NCBI GenBank assembly: GCA_017513085.1
Contig: JAFWDK010000009.1
Span: 1 to 64,000, forward strand
Direction of reading: 5' to 3'
Length of the DNA stretch: 64,000 bases
Source: Clostridiales bacterium
GTDB taxonomy: Bacteria; Bacillota; Clostridia; Saccharofermentanales; Saccharofermentanaceae
Part shown: positions 59,365 to 64,000 of the stretch, piece by piece
Layout: every line of letters begins with the position of its first letter
Numbering within the stretch: the first letter of the stretch is position 1
The notes under the pieces: model-generated
Seen by the model: only the letters and a program-made list of their open reading frames with translations
Told to the model about the DNA's origin: nothing
Database searches by the model: none
Made by a program: the position numbers and the translations under genes

Positions 59365-61380
59365 ATGAAAAGCATTTACAAGAATCTTGCGCGCAATGCG
59401 CTCAGCAAGAATAAGATCATATATGTTCCGTATATCATATCGAGTATCATGATGATCACGATTTCATTCATCATCTTTAACCTTGCCGTGGATAAGGTGA
59501 TCGGGGGTATCAACGGTGGTGCTTCTCTTCAGATGATGATGAGATTCGGCATATTCATCATGTACATGATCAGTTTCTTTTTCCTTAACAGCGTCAGCCG
59601 TTTCGTGATCAAACAGAGAAAAAAAGAACTGGGTCTTTATAGTGTTCTCGGCATGCAGAAAAAGCACATCATGCGTGTACAGTTTATCGAGAATCTGTAT
59701 GTGTATATTCTCAGCGCGATCCCAGGTACGATCATCGGTGTGGTGATCTCGAAGATCCTTCAGCTGATGGTCCTGAAGATCTATAACTGTGAAGCCGATT
59801 TCGGATGGGAGATCAATTGGATGCCGATCCTTGTCAACCTCGCTGTTTTCGGTTTCTTCTACCTCCTTTTCTTCCTGGTGAACTGTATCAGTATTCTTCG
59901 TACCAATACGCTGGAGTACATGAAGGAAGAGGCGAAAGGTGAGAAGAGACCGAAGTCAAACTGGCTTTTGGCTATCGCAGGTGTCATTTTCCTTGGCTCC
60001 GGCTACGCATTGGCGATCCGTTCACAGACTGCCATGGATGCATTTTCCTTTTTCTTCTTCGCCGTTTCGCTGGTTATTTTCGGCACGATCTGTCTCTTTA
60101 CTGCGGGGTCGATCACGATCTTGAATACATTAAAGAAAAAGAAGGATTACTATTACAAGACCGGGCATTTCATCTCGGTATCCGGTATGCTCTACAGAAT
60201 GAAAAGAAACGCGTCGACGTTGGCAACGATCTGTATTTTTGCCACAATGGTGCTGGTAACCATCTCTTCGGTTATGACGTTGTACAGCACGATCAGGACA
60301 CGTGCCGAGGAATGGTATCGAGTGGATTTCGATGTCGTTTATGAAACATGCAGTGACGAGCAGATGCAGGAGAACATCGAGAAATTGATAAAAGGCGCGG
60401 AGAAGATCGGAATGAATATCGATCAGATCATTCCGTACAAGTACTACAATGCATACGCAAATTTCAAGGATGGTGTACTTCTTACATATCCTGCTTATCC
60501 GAATACGAGCGTGATCGAAACCTTTACGCTTTCGCTGGATCTATATAATCTCGTAAACAAGAGTGATGTGACTCTTGAGAAGGACCAGATCGGTTACTTT
60601 GTCATGAATGGCCCAAAGATTTCCGGGGAGATCTCGTACCAGACCGTAAATGCGGCGTATGACCAATACTCAGAAAAATCGAAAGCCTTCACGCTTGTGG
60701 AACTCGATGAAGCACCGCAGTTCAGTTATGGTGCCTCCATTACCTTGACAGAAGGGACATATTTCTTCGTTGCTCCAGATCAGGAAACACTCGATTCTCT
60801 CCGTGCTTATTTCAGCCAGTCAATCGTTGAGTACGAAGATGCAAGAATACGTGTTCTTGTGAATACGGATGCTGATGAAGAGACACAGCAGCGCTATTAC
60901 GATGAAATCAATACGAATCAGAAAGACTATGGGTTTATGTATGCCTATAGCCGCCTGGAGGATCTCCACGAAGTGATCGGGATCTATGGTGGTCTGTTCT
61001 TCCTGGGTATATTCCTGAGCATTGCGTTCCTGACGATCACGATCCTGAACATGTACTTCAGCCAGCTTCTGCAGGGATATGAAGATACGAAGCGTTTTGC
61101 GATCATGAGAAAGGTCGGATTGAGCCGGAAAGAAATCAAAAAATCGATCAATTCGCAGATCGTCATTGTTTTCCTTCTGCCGCTAGTTGTCGCGGTGATC
61201 CATACGATGGCTGCCTTCCCGATGGTCAATCGTATCCTGAGTCTCCTGGGAGGATGTAAGCCTGAGCGCTTCCTGCTCGTTCTCGGTGCATGTGTGGCCG
61301 TGTTCGCACTGGTCTACACGATCGCGTACTTCTTCACAAGAAGGACGTATCTGAGACTGGTCAGTGGTGCGAAACAGTGA
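59365..61380 (+). CDS. FtsX-like ABC permease (BceB-like)
   Basis: RKKELGLYSVLGM, a large extracellular domain, and RFAIMRKVGLS. Confidence 0.9.
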   Translation: MKSIYKNLARNALSKNKIIYVPYIISSIMMITISFIIFNLAVDKVIGGINGGASLQMMMRFGIFIMYMISFFFLNSVSRFVIKQRKKELGLYSVLGMQKKHIMRVQFIENLYVYILSAIPGTIIGVVISKILQLMVLKIYNCEADFGWEINWMPILVNLAVFGFFYLLFFLVNCISILRTNTLEYMKEEAKGEKRPKSNWLLAIAGVIFLGSGYALAIRSQTAMDAFSFFFFAVSLVIFGTICLFTAGSITILNTLKKKKDYYYKTGHFISVSGMLYRMKRNASTLATICIFATMVLVTISSVMTLYSTIRTRAEEWYRVDFDVVYETCSDEQMQENIEKLIKGAEKIGMNIDQIIPYKYYNAYANFKDGVLLTYPAYPNTSVIETFTLSLDLYNLVNKSDVTLEKDQIGYFVMNGPKISGEISYQTVNAAYDQYSEKSKAFTLVELDEAPQFSYGASITLTEGTYFFVAPDQETLDSLRAYFSQSIVEYEDARIRVLVNTDADEETQQRYYDEINTNQKDYGFMYAYSRLEDLHEVIGIYGGLFFLGIFLSIAFLTITILNMYFSQLLQGYEDTKRFAIMRKVGLSRKEIKKSINSQIVIVFLLPLVVAVIHTMAAFPMVNRILSLLGGCKPERFLLVLGACVAVFALVYTIAYFFTRRTYLRLVSGAKQ

Positions 61381-61503
61381 CGTTACATCCGGAAGATTTA
61401 TGTAGGACGTAAAACGACACAATACAACACAAAAATGGTACACCACAATACCTCCGGTAAGGTAGAATACTATGTATGAGATTCGACTTGCCGGAGGTTT
61501 TTT

Positions 61504-64000
61504 ATGCCTGAATATATACTAGATTGGAACAAATACACGGACACAGCGATCCAGGTCGCACAGGAAGGTTCGGTGCTTCTGAAAAATGACCGTGAGGCAT
61601 TGCCGTTGACGGAGGGTACAAAAGTTGCCGTTTTTGGCAGAATGCAGAAAAACTACTATAAGAGTGGAACAGGTTCCGGAGGTATGGTGAATGTTAAGCA
61701 TGTCGTGTCGATCCTGGAGGGCCTTCAGCAGGCGGAAAACATCGTTTTGGATCAGGAATTGATCCGTATCTATGAAGAGTGGGAAAACAAGAATCCTGTT
61801 GATCCGGGTGTAGGCTGGGGAAAAGAGAACTGGTCACAGCCGGAGATGGAGTTGTCTGACGAGGTGGTGGAAGCTGCTTCTGAAAGAAACGATGCGGCAG
61901 TTATTATCCTTGCCCGAACTGCCGGCGAGGATCGTGATAATATGGCGCAGAAGGGTTCTTTCTTCTTGAGCGACGGAGAAGAAGCGATGCTCAAGAAAGT
62001 GTGCGCGGCGTTCTCCCGGACGATCGTTCTTCTGAATGTGGGCAATATCATTGATATGTCTTTTGTAGAAAAATATGACCCGGCAGCGGTCATGTATATC
62101 TGGCAGGCCGGCATGATCGGCGGTACAGCGTGCGCGGATCTTCTTACGGGTGCAGCCACTCCGTCAGGATGTCTGACGGATACGATCGCACGGGATCTTT
62201 CCGACTATCCGTCCACACCGAACTTTGGCGGAGAAGATCTGTCCAAGGATTTCTATGCGGAGGATATCTTTGTCGGTTATCGTTATTTTTCCACCTTTGC
62301 ACCGGAGAAGGTCTTATATCCGTTCGGGTTCGGTCTCTCTTACACGACATTTGCAATTTCATTGTCCGGTTTTAAGGCTGAGAAGACGGATGTCAGTGTC
62401 AAAGTTAAAGTGAAAAATACCGGGAACAGGAAAGGAAAGAAGACTGTCATGCTTTTTGCTAAGACGCCTTCCGACCGCCTTGCCGCTTCTGAAAGAGTAT
62501 TGGTGGATTTCGCGAAAACTTCCGAACTTCTTCCGGGACAGGAGCAGGAACTTGTTTTGAAGGCAGACGGTAGCCGTTACGCATCTTTTGACGATGACGG
62601 AAGACTGATGGGAGAGACGGGCTGGGTGCTTCCTAAAGGAACATATTCATTCTATTTCGGAGAAAACGTACAAAAAACTGTATTCGCCGGTGAATTTACT
62701 CTTGATGAGGATACTATGCTTGAAGCTTTGGAGTCTGCCGCAAAACCTGTACAGGCTTTTGAAAGACTGACGATGGGAGGCAAATATGAGCCGGCGCCGC
62801 TTCGTGTCGTAGAGCATATGGATACGCGACTTAAGAGAGTTCCGGAAGAGATCCCTTATACAGGTGATAAGGGTATTAAGCTTTCGGATGTGAAACTCGG
62901 AAAGAATACGATGGAAGAGTTTATTGCCCAGCTTTCGGATGAGGATCTTTCTTTGATCATTCGTGGAGAAGGCATGGGAAGTCCGAAAGTTACAACAGGA
63001 ACGGCGGCTGCTTTTTCCGGTGTGACACGGGAACTTATGGCTAAGGGTATTCCTACGCTGTGCTGTGATGACGGACCTTCCGGTATGCGTATAGACAGCG
63101 GAAAGAAAGCATTTTCTCTGCCGAATGGAACCTGTCTGGCATGTACTTTTAATGAGAAACTGAACGAAGAGCTTTTCGATTGGTTCGGCATAGAAATGAT
63201 CAGCAATGAAGTGGATACGATCCTGGGACCCGGAATCAATATTCACCGTCATCCCTTGAACGGAAGAAACTTCGAGTATTTTTCGGAAGATCCGCTTCTA
63301 ACCGGACGCATGGCATCCGCACAGATCCGTGGTTTGGAGAGGCATGGCGTGACCGGTACGATCAAGCATTTCTGCTGTAATAACAGAGAGACCAAACGTC
63401 GTAATATGGATTCGATCGTTTCCGAGAGAGCCCTTCGTGAGATCTATCTCAAGGGCTTTGAGATAGCGGTGAAAGAAGGAAAAGCGAGAAGCATCATGTC
63501 GGTCTATAACATGATCAACGGCACGTACGGGACTTCGAATTATGAACTGAACACCAAGATCCTTCGTGAGCAGTGGGGGTATACCGGTCTTTTGATGACG
63601 GATTGGTGGGCGTATATCGATGGCGTTCCGGAGAGACCGCACGATCATGCGCTTCGACAGCACTCTGCTATGGCCAGATCCCAGTGTGATGTGTATATGG
63701 TTTGTTCTTCAGTTGAAAAAGAGGATCTCGATATGAGTGATACGTACGATAATCTGAAGAATGATCGGGAAGATCTTATTACGAGAAGAGAGCTGCAGAG
63801 AAATGCGGCCAACATCCTTCGTTTTGCTTTAGATACTCCGGCGATGTCTGCGCTTATGGGTGAACCATGCAAGGTGAAGCACATCGATTGTCCTTTTGCG
63901 GAAGATACGATCGAAGCCAAGGTCGATGTGTACTACGAGATCAATAAAGATCCGGTCATCCAGGTAAACGTGGATACGACGAATGGCGACGATTTCGTTT
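61504..64000 (+). CDS. GH3 beta-glucosidase with permuted domain order; partial, runs off the window end
   Basis: Not in the ORF track. ATG 61504 after GGAGG gives MPEYILDW...EGSVLLKN...GTGSGG, then ARTAGED, YPFGFGLSYT, later DGPSG, GRNFEYFSEDP and MTDWW. Confidence 0.9.
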   Translation, partial: MPEYILDWNKYTDTAIQVAQEGSVLLKNDREALPLTEGTKVAVFGRMQKNYYKSGTGSGGMVNVKHVVSILEGLQQAENIVLDQELIRIYEEWENKNPVDPGVGWGKENWSQPEMELSDEVVEAASERNDAAVIILARTAGEDRDNMAQKGSFFLSDGEEAMLKKVCAAFSRTIVLLNVGNIIDMSFVEKYDPAAVMYIWQAGMIGGTACADLLTGAATPSGCLTDTIARDLSDYPSTPNFGGEDLSKDFYAEDIFVGYRYFSTFAPEKVLYPFGFGLSYTTFAISLSGFKAEKTDVSVKVKVKNTGNRKGKKTVMLFAKTPSDRLAASERVLVDFAKTSELLPGQEQELVLKADGSRYASFDDDGRLMGETGWVLPKGTYSFYFGENVQKTVFAGEFTLDEDTMLEALESAAKPVQAFERLTMGGKYEPAPLRVVEHMDTRLKRVPEEIPYTGDKGIKLSDVKLGKNTMEEFIAQLSDEDLSLIIRGEGMGSPKVTTGTAAAFSGVTRELMAKGIPTLCCDDGPSGMRIDSGKKAFSLPNGTCLACTFNEKLNEELFDWFGIEMISNEVDTILGPGINIHRHPLNGRNFEYFSEDPLLTGRMASAQIRGLERHGVTGTIKHFCCNNRETKRRNMDSIVSERALREIYLKGFEIAVKEGKARSIMSVYNMINGTYGTSNYELNTKILREQWGYTGLLMTDWWAYIDGVPERPHDHALRQHSAMARSQCDVYMVCSSVEKEDLDMSDTYDNLKNDREDLITRRELQRNAANILRFALDTPAMSALMGEPCKVKHIDCPFAEDTIEAKVDVYYEINKDPVIQVNVDTTNGDDFV

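Overview
Chromosomal window from a Firmicute (Clostridia), probably a rumen/gut fibre degrader. DUF4214 and LRR/Big_2 surface proteins suggest a Saccharofermentans-like organism (inference). In order it holds: a tRNA 3' end; a MarR/OhrR regulator; an ATP-grasp + DUF2156 pair; a DUF6273/DUF4214 surface protein interrupted by one in-frame TAG; a YesMN-type two-component system with a YtfQRT/YjfF-like sugar ABC transporter; an alkD-like gene; a palindromic 63-bp tandem array beside a frameshifted PD-(D/E)xK nuclease-like gene; GH13, rubrerythrin, mutY and an HD protein; two paralogous LRR/Big_2 surface proteins; an AT-rich three-gene islet (signal-less PstS-like protein, SPL-like radical SAM, circularly permuted ATP-grasp); a tkt-lacI-GH3-xylB xylose cluster; argC; a Cys/His-repeat lipoprotein with a TcdC-like C-terminus; T-box-pheST; a zinc-ribbon cluster; a BceRS-AB-like module; and a partial permuted GH3. 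The best candidates for an undescribed system are the REP/BIME-like array plus nuclease (15925-17043) and the radical SAM + ATP-grasp islet (27263-31173). All family calls come from motif recognition by eye; no searches were run.
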